Below are positions 10,094-19,400 of a stretch of 64,000 bases of DNA, piece after piece (the first letter of the stretch is position 1; each line of letters begins with the position of its first letter). The DNA lies in the NCBI GenBank assembly GCA_963848295.1, contig CAWKDB010000010.1, positions 1,408,001-1,472,000 on the forward strand, given 5' to 3'. The notes below the pieces were generated by a model that was given only the letters and a program-made list of their open reading frames with translations, was not told the origin of the DNA and did not search any database. Made by a program: the position numbers and the translations under genes. Origin of the DNA: an uncultured delta proteobacterium (GTDB lineage Bacteria > Myxococcota_A > Polyangia > Haliangiales > Haliangiaceae).

Positions 10094-11119
10094 TCAGAGC
10101 ACGAGGCACGCATCGCCGAGCTCGTGCGCCGACAAGTGATGCGCGGCCGCGACATCGAGCGCTACGAGCAAGCGGTTGCGCGGCGCGAACGCGCGCAGCA
10201 GCTCGAAGTGGCTCTCGCCCGGGGCGTGCAGGCCGCTGACGATGCCGTCGACGACACCCAGCGTCGACTCGGGACCGAGCCGCAGCGTCGCGACGCCGGG
10301 GCCGGGGCTGCCACCCGACGCCTCGAGCGCGCGCACTACCGTCGTGCCGATCGCGATGACTCGGCCCCCGCGTGCCTTCGCAGCGACGAGCTCGCGCGCA
10401 GTTCGCTCGGGAACCTCGTAGCGCTCCGGCCATGGCAACGCGCGATCGAGCGCGGCGTCACCGGTCGAGCTCAGGCCCGCGGCGTGGGTCAGCCTCGCGA
10501 GCGAGACGCCCGCGCGACGCAGCCCGAGCAGCACCTCCCAGGTCAGCGAGCGGCCGGCCGATGGCATCTCTGCCGCCCACGGCCGCGCGGCGTACGCGGT
10601 TTGCACCGACCACAGCGGCAGCAGCTCGGGGCGATGTGCGTACTGCACCGGCGCGCCGTGCGCGTACAGCGCCTGCCACAGGGCATCGCCGTCGCGTTCG
10701 GCGTCGAGCGCGACGAGCCGACCATCGGCACTCGCGACCTCGGCGATGATGCCGCCGACCGTGACGTGCTCGCCGCGCCGCAATGCGGGCGGCGGTGGGC
10801 GGTGCTCGGTGCGCGTGTGATAGTCGCCGGCGCCGAGCAACACGCCGGTCAGGCGCACGCCGTCGATCGGGCCGGCGAGCCGGAGCTCGAATGCTGCACC
10901 GTCGGCGGTGTGACCGTGGAGCAATGCCGGCAACGTCGCCGCATCGTTGACGACGACGAGGTCGCCGGCGCGCAACCACTGCGGCAGTGCCGCGAAGTCG
11001 GTAACGCGAATCGCGGGGCGGGCTCGATCCACGACGACCAAGCGCGCGAGCGGGCGCGGGACCTCGGCGGAGCTCAGCGACGGCACCTCGACGCTCGACA
11101 GTGCGAGCGCCGCGGTCAT
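10094..11119 (-). CDS. QueA-like S-adenosylmethionine:tRNA ribosyltransferase-isomerase family protein
   Basis: GDLVVVNDAATLPA, VQTAYA..PWAAEMPSAG, GRVIAIGTTVVRALE, GLHAP..SHF, HELGD. Confidence 0.82.
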   Translation of the reverse strand: MTAALALSSVEVPSLSSAEVPRPLARLVVVDRARPAIRVTDFAALPQWLRAGDLVVVNDAATLPALLHGHTADGAAFELRLAGPIDGVRLTGVLLGAGDYHTRTEHRPPPPALRRGEHVTVGGIIAEVASADGRLVALDAERDGDALWQALYAHGAPVQYAHRPELLPLWSVQTAYAARPWAAEMPSAGRSLTWEVLLGLRRAGVSLARLTHAAGLSSTGDAALDRALPWPERYEVPERTARELVAAKARGGRVIAIGTTVVRALEASGGSPGPGVATLRLGPESTLGVVDGIVSGLHAPGESHFELLRAFAPRNRLLVALDVAAAHHLSAHELGDACLVL

Positions 11120-11850
11120 GGCTGCCACGCCGGCGCGACGAGGCGCGCTCCGCTCGGTGCGCGCACCGGATCCGCGATCATCGCGACGATCCGCGCCGCG
11201 ACGTCGGCCGGTCGCTGCAGCGCGTTGCGATCGGCGTCGGGGATCGCGTCCGCATGCATCTTCGTGTCCATCTCGCCCGGATCGACGGCGAGCACCCGAA
11301 CGCCGGTGCCGTCGAGCTCGGCCGCGAGGATCCGGCTCAGGTGATCCTGCGCGGCCTTCGCGATCCCGTACGCACCCCAGCGCGGATACGGTTCGATCGC
11401 GGCATCGGAGCTGATGTGAACGATCACGCCGTCGCCGCGCAGCGCCATCGCGCCGGCGAGGATCTTCGTGAGCCGGAACGGGCCGACCAGGTTCGTCTCG
11501 AGCACGGCGGCGAGGTCTTCGCATTCGGTGTCGAGCAAGAGGCGCAGCGGGACCGGACCGAGCATGCTCGCGGCGTGGACCGCGATCGCGATCTCGCCGA
11601 CGAGGCCCTGCGCTTGCCCTGCGATGCGATGGATCGCGGCCTTGTCACTGATGTCGGCCGCGATCGCGTGCGCGTCACCGCCGTTGTTACGGATCGTCCC
11701 GACGACGTCGGCGAGCGGCCCGGCTTCGCGCGCGACGAGCGCGACCTTGGCCCCGCGCCGCGCGAGCAGCTCGGCGATCGCCCGCCCGAGGCCGCGGCTC
11801 GCTCCGGTCACCAACGCCGCTCTGCCTGCGAAGTCTTCTTCGGTAGTCAT
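11116..11850 (-). CDS. Short-chain dehydrogenase/reductase (SDR)
   Basis: TGASRGLG, YGIAK (YxxxK), DPGEMDTKMH. ATGA overlap with the QueA-like gene. Confidence 0.9.
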   Translation of the reverse strand: MTTEEDFAGRAALVTGASRGLGRAIAELLARRGAKVALVAREAGPLADVVGTIRNNGGDAHAIAADISDKAAIHRIAGQAQGLVGEIAIAVHAASMLGPVPLRLLLDTECEDLAAVLETNLVGPFRLTKILAGAMALRGDGVIVHISSDAAIEPYPRWGAYGIAKAAQDHLSRILAAELDGTGVRVLAVDPGEMDTKMHADAIPDADRNALQRPADVAARIVAMIADPVRAPSGARLVAPAWQP

Positions 11851-11920
11851 GACGTCACGGTAACCACGCTGCGCCAAACCGTCATCATCTGCGCTATTAT
11901 ATTGGCAGGAGGTTAGCCCG

Positions 11921-12475
11921 TTGCCCCGAGAACCCGACCACCTCGCCGATAACATCAAGGCGCTGCGCGAGACCCGCGGGCTGTCGCAACAGCAGATCGC
12001 GAAGGCGGCCGGCATTCCGCGCGCGACCTGGACTCACCTCGAGTCGGGCGCCGCGAACCCGACGCTCGCGGTGCTCGTCAAGGTCGCGAACAGTCTGCAA
12101 GTTCGGCTCGACGAGCTGCTGGCGGCGCCGCGGCAACCCGCCCGGCTGATCCGCGCGGACGAGCTACCGACCCGGCAGCGCGGCGACGTCGCGATCCGCA
12201 AGCTGCTCCCCGAGCCCCTGCCCGGGCTCGATCTCGAGCGCATGGTGCTGCCGCCGGGTGCGCGGATGGCCGGCGTCCCACACACGCCGGGCACGCGCGA
12301 GTATCTGACGTGCGAGCGCGGCAGTGTCGAGCTCGCGGTCGCGGGCGAGCGCTACACGCTGCGCGAGGGTGACGTCGTGACGTTCCGCGGCGATCAGCGC
12401 CACGGCTATCACAACCCGGGCAGCGCGACGGCGGTCGCTTACTCGGCGATCGCGTTCGCGCCGGTCACCGCCTAG
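11921..12475 (+). CDS. XRE-family HTH regulator with C-terminal cupin
   Basis: RGLSQQQIAKAAGI...LESGAANPTL HTH; cupin motifs PH..GTRE and FRGDQRHGYHN. SD GGAGG upstream of TTG. Confidence 0.9.
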   Translation: MPREPDHLADNIKALRETRGLSQQQIAKAAGIPRATWTHLESGAANPTLAVLVKVANSLQVRLDELLAAPRQPARLIRADELPTRQRGDVAIRKLLPEPLPGLDLERMVLPPGARMAGVPHTPGTREYLTCERGSVELAVAGERYTLREGDVVTFRGDQRHGYHNPGSATAVAYSAIAFAPVTA

Positions 12476-12564
12476 GTTGACAAAGTGAACACCGTCCCCA
12501 GCTAACCGCGCAGAATCTATGGGTCAGGCCGCGGGGCGCGGTTGACAAAGTGAACACCGTCCCC
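12475..12564. repeat. Two identical 25-bp direct repeats (GGTTGACAAAGTGAACACCGTCCCC) 40 bp apart
   Basis: Copies at 12475-12499 and 12540-12564, between convergent genes. Confidence 0.9.
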
Positions 12565-12569
12565 CCGGC

Positions 12570-14789
12570 TTAGAATTTATAGGTGAGGCCGACGCGGCCG
12601 TAGAAGTCGGGGTCGGTGTCGAGCATCGAGTGGGCGAACTCGTTCGTGAAGAGCGCGCGGCGCTGGCTCTGGAACGGCGCACCCTCGATGAGCGCGAAGA
12701 GGCTGAGCTGCTGTTGCAGCGCGAGCTCGGCGATGAGGCTGGTCATGAACCGCACGTTGTTGTCGCGGTTGAAGACGTCGTCGGGCTTCTTCCAGCCGGT
12801 CAGCGCCGAGACTTGCGCCATGTCGGTCGCAGATAGGCCGCCGTCCTTGAACTCGCGGCACACCGCGAGCACGTCGGTCGCGTTCGTGACGCCGTCGAAG
12901 CCGTCGTTCTGCGCGGTCGGCATCGAGCTCTTGCCCGGGCAGTGGCGGTCGCTCCACACGTCGAGGTAAGCGCGCGCGCTGATCGTGACGTGCGACAGCG
13001 CGGTCAACGAGCCGATCAGGCCGACGTCCCAGGTCAGGCCGTCGCGGCCCGAGTTGTCGATGATCTTGCTGCCGTAGTAGAGGTTCGTGAACGCGCCGAC
13101 GGCGAAGGGATCTTGGTTGACGAACATGGCGCGCACGCCCAGGCCGAGCTCGGTGCGGGCGAGCATCGTGCGCACGCCGACATTCGCGTCGAAGCCGAAG
13201 CGATGGGCGATCCGTCCGGCGCCGACCGACACGCGGCCGTCGAAGTAGTACGGATAGCCCGCGCTGATGTCGACCGTCGAGCGGCCTCGGGGCAGCGTGC
13301 GCGCGCCGTACGAGGTCAGGCCGCGCTGCTCCTCGAGCATCTCGGCTTCGCTCGGCCCGGCGACCGCGAGCTCGCGCGATAACGTGGTCGTCTTGCCGCC
13401 CTCGATCGTCACCGTCTGTTCGAACGCTTGGTAACCGGGCAACTCGAGGCGGACGACGGTCTCGCCGGTCTCGATCTCCTGATCGATCGGGGTCTTGCCG
13501 ACCGCGACGCCGTTGACGAGCACGGTCGCCTGTGCCGGCGTAGACAGGATCCGCAACCGGCCGACCGACTTGAGCTCGGCCTGCACGGTCACGGTCTGCT
13601 GCGCCTCGACGCTGACTTTTTGCTCGAAGTCTTTGAATCCGTCGAGCCGCACCACGACCGGGTGCTCGCCGGCGGCGACCTTCTTCTCTTGCGGAACTTT
13701 GCCGACCGCGGCGCCGTCGATGAACACTTCGCCTTCGGGCACGTTCGAGACGACCTTGAGCGTGCCCATGTCGCCCGACACCTCCTGGTTGAGGTCGAAC
13801 TTCACGATCTGCGACGCGCCGGCCGCGACCGTGACGTGCTTCTCGCCGGTCGCCATGCCCGGGGCTTTCACCTGCACGATGTGATCGCCTGCTTTGACAT
13901 CCTTGATGTCGACCGGGACCGGCCCCATGTCGGTGCCGTCGATGAACGCGCGTGCGCCTTGCGCATCGGACAGCACGCGCACGACACCGACGCCCCCGTT
14001 CATCCCGCCCTGCAATTCGGCGCGAACCTTCGTCTGCTGTCCTGCGCTGACCTGCACGGTCTGCTTCCAGGGCAGCGCCGGCGCTTTGCGCACCTCGATG
14101 ACGTGGAGACCCTCGATCACGTTGTCGATCACCGCCGGCGTGTTGTCGGGATGCTTGTTGCCGTCGATGTAGACCTCGGCGTCGGGGACGTCGGCATCGA
14201 CGACGACCGTGCCGTACTTCGGCTTCGCGATCTCCTTGAGCGTCGGGATGATCGTCTCGACCTGGTTGTCGGCGAGCGTCAGCCACTGCTCCGACGGCTC
14301 GAACCCGTCTTTCTGGAGGCGCAGCTGATGGCGACCCGAGGTCGTGACGACGACGGCCGGCGCCGTGCCCTTGACCTCGCCGTCGAGCATGATCGTCGCG
14401 CCCGCGACGCCCTTCGGATCGGCGTCCGCGCGGATGTCGATCTTCGGCGGATCAGCCTTCTTGACGAGCGGCGCGAACACTTCCTGCGCCGCGCGCAGCT
14501 TCGCGACCCTGAACGACTTCGAATACGTTTCGTAGCCCGGCGCTTCGATGATGATGGTGTAGTCGCCGTTGTTGAGCTTGCCCTGCCACGGGGTCACGCC
14601 GATCGCGGGGCAGTCCTTCGTGTTGATGTAGATCGCGGCGCCTTGCGGTGCGGAGTCGATCTTCACGGAGTACCTGCCGCTCCTGGCGACCGAACAATCC
14701 GCGGCCTGCGCGACGCGCGCGCTCGCGACGAGCCCGATGACCATGACGAAGACCGCGAGCGGTCTGACGAGACGACAGATCTGCATCAT
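12570..14789 (-). CDS. Secreted multi-PEGA-domain protein with probable C-terminal outer-membrane beta domain
   Basis: Signal peptide, repeated S.P.GA.V.IDG...G.TP PEGA units, C-terminus GRVGLTYKF. Confidence 0.88.
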   Translation of the reverse strand: MMQICRLVRPLAVFVMVIGLVASARVAQAADCSVARSGRYSVKIDSAPQGAAIYINTKDCPAIGVTPWQGKLNNGDYTIIIEAPGYETYSKSFRVAKLRAAQEVFAPLVKKADPPKIDIRADADPKGVAGATIMLDGEVKGTAPAVVVTTSGRHQLRLQKDGFEPSEQWLTLADNQVETIIPTLKEIAKPKYGTVVVDADVPDAEVYIDGNKHPDNTPAVIDNVIEGLHVIEVRKAPALPWKQTVQVSAGQQTKVRAELQGGMNGGVGVVRVLSDAQGARAFIDGTDMGPVPVDIKDVKAGDHIVQVKAPGMATGEKHVTVAAGASQIVKFDLNQEVSGDMGTLKVVSNVPEGEVFIDGAAVGKVPQEKKVAAGEHPVVVRLDGFKDFEQKVSVEAQQTVTVQAELKSVGRLRILSTPAQATVLVNGVAVGKTPIDQEIETGETVVRLELPGYQAFEQTVTIEGGKTTTLSRELAVAGPSEAEMLEEQRGLTSYGARTLPRGRSTVDISAGYPYYFDGRVSVGAGRIAHRFGFDANVGVRTMLARTELGLGVRAMFVNQDPFAVGAFTNLYYGSKIIDNSGRDGLTWDVGLIGSLTALSHVTISARAYLDVWSDRHCPGKSSMPTAQNDGFDGVTNATDVLAVCREFKDGGLSATDMAQVSALTGWKKPDDVFNRDNNVRFMTSLIAELALQQQLSLFALIEGAPFQSQRRALFTNEFAHSMLDTDPDFYGRVGLTYKF

Positions 14790-14818
14790 TCACCCTCGAA
14801 AGACGGAGATTAACGCTA

Positions 14819-15634
14819 TCACAACCATCCGCGCGTCACCGCCGCCAGCAGTGCTCCACCGCACGCGATCCGGTAGATCGCGAACCCCGTGAGCTGATGC
14901 GTGCCGAGCCAGCGCAGGAGCCACGCGATCGTGATGTAACCCGTGATAGCAGCGACGCCGATGCCGATGCCGAGCGCAGGCAAGGCATCGCCTCCGAGGC
15001 CGGGAATCGCTTTCCAGGCCTCCAAGATCCCGGCGCCGCCGACCGCGGGGATCGATAGCAAGAATGAAAATCGCGCGGCGTCGCTGCGCGCAAACCCGAG
15101 CAACAACGCCATGCAGATCGTCGAGCCCGAGCGCGAGACCCCCGGTAGCAGCGCGAGCGTCTGCGCGAGACCGATGAGCATGACGTCGCGCCAGCCAATC
15201 GCGGTCAACGGTCGGGCTGCGTCTCCGGTGCGCGTCCCGTAGCGATCGACGAGCGCGAGCACGATCCCGAACACGATCAGCATGGTCGCGATGAACCGGA
15301 GCGAGTCGATCGCTTCGATCCGGTGCTTGAACGCGAGCCCGAGGACCACGATCGGGACGGTCCCGGCCGCGATCATCCACAACAGCTTGCCCTCGTGCGA
15401 CGACGGGCTCTGGATCATCGCGGTCACGAGCGCGATCAGGTCGCGCGCGAAGTAGATCAGCACCGCGATCAGCGTGCCGAGCTGGATCACCGCGATGTAC
15501 GCGGTGTACGTCTCGGTCGAGACGTGTTGCCCGAACAGCGCCGGCGCGATCTTGAGATGCGCGGTCGACGAGACCGGAATGAACTCGGTCAGCCCCTGGA
15601 TCAGGCCGAGGATTGCCGCGAACCACAGCGCCAT
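14819..15634 (-). CDS. uppP: Undecaprenyl-diphosphate phosphatase (BacA)
   Basis: GLIQGLTEFIPVSSTAHL, PGVSRSGST, AARFSFLLSIP. Confidence 0.95.
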   Translation of the reverse strand: MALWFAAILGLIQGLTEFIPVSSTAHLKIAPALFGQHVSTETYTAYIAVIQLGTLIAVLIYFARDLIALVTAMIQSPSSHEGKLLWMIAAGTVPIVVLGLAFKHRIEAIDSLRFIATMLIVFGIVLALVDRYGTRTGDAARPLTAIGWRDVMLIGLAQTLALLPGVSRSGSTICMALLLGFARSDAARFSFLLSIPAVGGAGILEAWKAIPGLGGDALPALGIGIGVAAITGYITIAWLLRWLGTHQLTGFAIYRIACGGALLAAVTRGWL

Positions 15635-15660
15635 CGCGAATCCACGCTAACATCAATCGT

Positions 15661-16071
15661 GTGATCAGGTCGCTGTGCTGCCTCGTGGTGTTCGCGTGCG
15701 GGTCGGCCGCGCCCACCTCGCGGCCGCCGGTGCGTCCCATGGCGCCACCGGTCGCCGCGGAGCCTCCGCCCGACGAACGCGAATGCGACGCGCTGATCGC
15801 GCACGCGATCGACCTCGGGCTCGCCGAGCAACGCGCCGCGACACCCGATCGCGCCGCGACCGATGCCGACGGCCGGAAGCTCGAGACCGAGCTGCGCGCC
15901 GAGCTGGGCCCGGCGTGCCGCGCGCTAGCTCGCACCCGCTACCGCTGCGCGATCGCGGCGGCCAGCCTAGACGAGCTCGAGCGCTGCGATCAAGACACGC
16001 GCAGCAGCTCGACCTCGAACAACAGCGTCGCGCCCGGCGGGATCAACCCACCCGCGCCGCGATCGCCGTAG
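15661..16071 (+). CDS. Hypothetical Cys-rich lipoprotein
   Basis: Lipobox LVVFAC, Pro linker, spaced Cys residues. TAACAT lies 7 nt before the GTG. The 3' end overlaps the convergent FKBP gene. Confidence 0.55.
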   Translation: MIRSLCCLVVFACGSAAPTSRPPVRPMAPPVAAEPPPDERECDALIAHAIDLGLAEQRAATPDRAATDADGRKLETELRAELGPACRALARTRYRCAIAAASLDELERCDQDTRSSSTSNNSVAPGGINPPAPRSP

Positions 16072-16340
16072 CCGAGCGCCGCCGGGATCAGCAGCGTGCG
16101 CTTGCCGCCGATCTTCATCGACGCGACGCCCTCGTCCCAGCCCTTGATGACCCGCCCCATGCCGAGCGGGAACTCGAACGGCTTGCCGCGGTCGACCGAA
16201 CTGTCGAACTTGGCTCCTTTCGCCCCGTCGAGCCATAACCAGCCCGTGTAGTGCATCACGCACGTTTGGCCCCGGGCCGGGCTCGCCCCGGTACCGACGA
16301 CGGTATCTTCGAATTGCAGTCCGCTGGCGGTTTGTTGCAT
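15990..16340 (-). CDS. FKBP-type peptidyl-prolyl cis-trans isomerase
   Basis: HYTGWL, KFDSSVDRGKPFEF, VIKGWDEGV, LGYG, IPPGATLLFEVELL. Confidence 0.96.
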   Translation of the reverse strand: MQQTASGLQFEDTVVGTGASPARGQTCVMHYTGWLWLDGAKGAKFDSSVDRGKPFEFPLGMGRVIKGWDEGVASMKIGGKRTLLIPAALGYGDRGAGGLIPPGATLLFEVELLRVS

Positions 16341-16411
16341 GCGCGGACGTTACCGCGTGGCCTACGTCGCTTTCAGCCGGGAGCAGGCCATTGTACGATT
16401 CGCCCTAGGCG

Positions 16412-19400
16412 ATGAGCGCGAAGCATTGGGTCGGGCTGCTCTTCATTGTTGCAGTTGGGGCGTGGTCGCGTGGGGCGCGAGCCGCGAACGTGATCACGAT
16501 GAACCCGGATCCGGTGGACGCCGGGTCAGTCCGGGTCGGTACGCCGAGCACGGTGTTCGGCAGTCTTACCGATTCCGGTGCCGACTCGGTCGACCTCGCG
16601 ATCGATGGCGCGTGCACGTACGCGGCGGACTTCGCGCTCGGCGCGACCACGATGACCGATCTATCGATCTCGAGCACGGCGCTACCGATCCAGGTGACGT
16701 TCACGCCGTCGACCGACGCGCTCGAGAACTGCAACGTGTTCGTCTACACGACCGGCACGATGATCGAGCTCGGCAACTTCCACGTCCAGGGGACGGGCGG
16801 CGATCCGATGATCACGGTCACCCCGGCGTCGCCCGCCAATTTCGGCAGCGTGCGCGTCGCCGGCGGCTCGAGCACGGTCACGATCGTCGTCAAGAACACC
16901 TCGGGCGACACCGGCACCGCGGCGAACCTCGTGATCCCGGTCGGCGGGCTCACGCTCGGCGGGGTGAGCCCCGGCGACTACTCGATCATGACCGCGCCGA
17001 CGCTGCCCGCGACGATCGCGCCCGGAGGGTCGGCGAACGTCGTCGTGAAGTTCGACCCGACCGCGACCGGCACGCGCACGGCGGAGCTCGACATCGCGAG
17101 CAACGACCCGACCACCGCGACGTACAAAGAGGGCCTCACCGGCGACGGCACCGCCGCGCTGATCAACGTGACCGACGTCAGCTTCGGCACGCTGCTCGGC
17201 GGCGCGACCGGCACGGGCTCGATCATGGTGCAGAACACCGCGATGATGGGCGGCACGAACCTGAACGTGACGGCGGCGGCGATCACGCAGTCGTCGACGT
17301 GGTTCTCTTTCACCGGGGCGGGCGGCTGCGCACCGGGCTCGACGGTGTGCACGTTCTCGCCGCCGACCATGATCGCATCGGGTGGCATGGCGACCGTCGG
17401 CGTCCAGTGCCATCCGCCAGCGAACGCGAACACATCGCAGACCGCGACGGTCACGTTCACGAGCGATAGCGATCCGGGCGGCAACAACGTGGCGATGCTG
17501 TCGTGCACTGGAAGCTCGCCCGACATCACGCTGACGATGCCGGCGACGACGCCGGTCAACTTCGGCACGGTGGAAGTGCGCCCGGCGAACGCCAGTGCAC
17601 CGGCCACGCTGCAGTTCACGAACACCGGCACGGCGACGCTGAACATCACGAATGTCGCGTTGCCGGCGAGCCCGGACTTCGCCGTCACGAACGGCCCGCT
17701 CGGGCCGCAGACCACGCCGGTCGCCGCGGGAGCGACCGCGAGCTGGCAGGTCGTGTGTGAACCGACGACGTTCGGGACACGGACCGGGACGTTCCAGGTC
17801 ACGAGCGATGCGCAGAACGCGAGCACGCTCAACATCGGCCTGACCTGCGTCGGCAACCAGGCGATCCTCGCGGTCTCCTCACCCGCGTTCGGCGGCGTGA
17901 ATGAAGGCGACACCTCGAACAAGACCGTCACGCTCACCAACAACGGCAACGTCCCGATCACGAACATCTCGTACATGTTCGCGAACGCGGCGCTCGGCTA
18001 CAGCGTGACCGCGCCGACGTTCCCGATCGCATCGCTGAACCCCGGCACCCCGATCAACGTGACCGTGCAATTCGCGCCCGTCGCCGGCATGGACGGCGGT
18101 CCGGACGACCTCACGTTCAGCGGCGTCTGGGGCACGGCGCCGACCGCGATCAGCCAGGCCGCGCACTGCACCGGTACCGGCTTGAAGCCGGGCTGGGACG
18201 TGTCACCGGCGACGGTCGATTACGGTGACATGCGGTGGGACGCCACCTCCCCGATGACGTTCACGATCACACTGACCGGGACGTCGCCGACGACGTTCAA
18301 CGAGATCGATGTCGCATCGAATGCCGGCACGCCCGCAGGCGAGTTCCACCCGCCGACGTTGATCAAGCACGGCGGCACGACCGTCACCTTGCCGTTCCAG
18401 CTCACGACCACGAGCGACACGCTCGTCGTCACGATCCCCGCGGGTCCAGCGACGCAGCTCGGTCCGCTCGCCGGCACGGTCACGGTCCGCAGCGACTCCG
18501 CCGCGATCCCGACGCGCAGCCTCCAGCTCACCGCGAACGCGGTTGCGCCCGAGCTCACACTCGACCCCGGCGCGACCGTGCCGTTCGGCCCGGTCGACAT
18601 CCAAGGTCCCGCGCAGCACACGACCATCACGATCACGAACGGCGGCGACGGTCCGCTCAACCTCGGCGCGGTGACCGCGGCCGGCGGCAGCGCGCGGATC
18701 ACGTTCCCGAATGGCCTGCCGACCGCGCAAGTCATCCCGGCCGGCGGCATGGTCGCGATCGCGGTGACGTATGCGCCCACGCTGGTCGCGAATGACACCA
18801 CGACGCTGGTCGCGCCGCTCACCGGCTTGTTCGGCGCCCCCCAGCCGATGAACCAGATGATCATGATCACCGGCCGCGGCATCACGCGCGCGATCCAGGT
18901 CGGCGCTACCCCGACGTTCCCGGACACGTTCCGCAACCCGGGCAGCGACGCGCCGGTCCTGCCGTTACACGTTCACAACGGTGGCGAAGCGACGCTCTCG
19001 ATCTCGACCGTGATGCTCTCGAGCTCGCCGGTGTGGACGCTCGCCGACCCGGCGCCCGTCGACATCCCCGGCGACGGCGACCACGACTTCATGATCAAGT
19101 TCGCGCCGACGATGGCGGGCAAGGCGCCCGATGGCCAGCTCACGCTCGTGGATAACGATACCGGCACGCCGATGGTCGTCGTCGATCTCAAAGGCAACGG
19201 CCTCGACCGCGCGGTCGAGCTAGGGCCGCTATCGATCAACCTCGGCTATACCGGCGTCGGGATCCCGGTCCGGCTCTCTGACCTCGCGCCCGACAACTTG
19301 CTGAACGTGACGAGCCTCGACGGCAACGACACGTTCCAGATCCGCGCGATCTCGCTCGACGGCGACGACACGAGCGTGTTCGAGGTCGAAGATTCGTCGG

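Noticed and set aside
12475..12564. Mini CRISPR array (25-bp repeat, 40-bp spacer)
   Set aside because: Only two repeats, no cas genes or leader, and related copies occur elsewhere in inverted orientation, which fits a dispersed repeat better.
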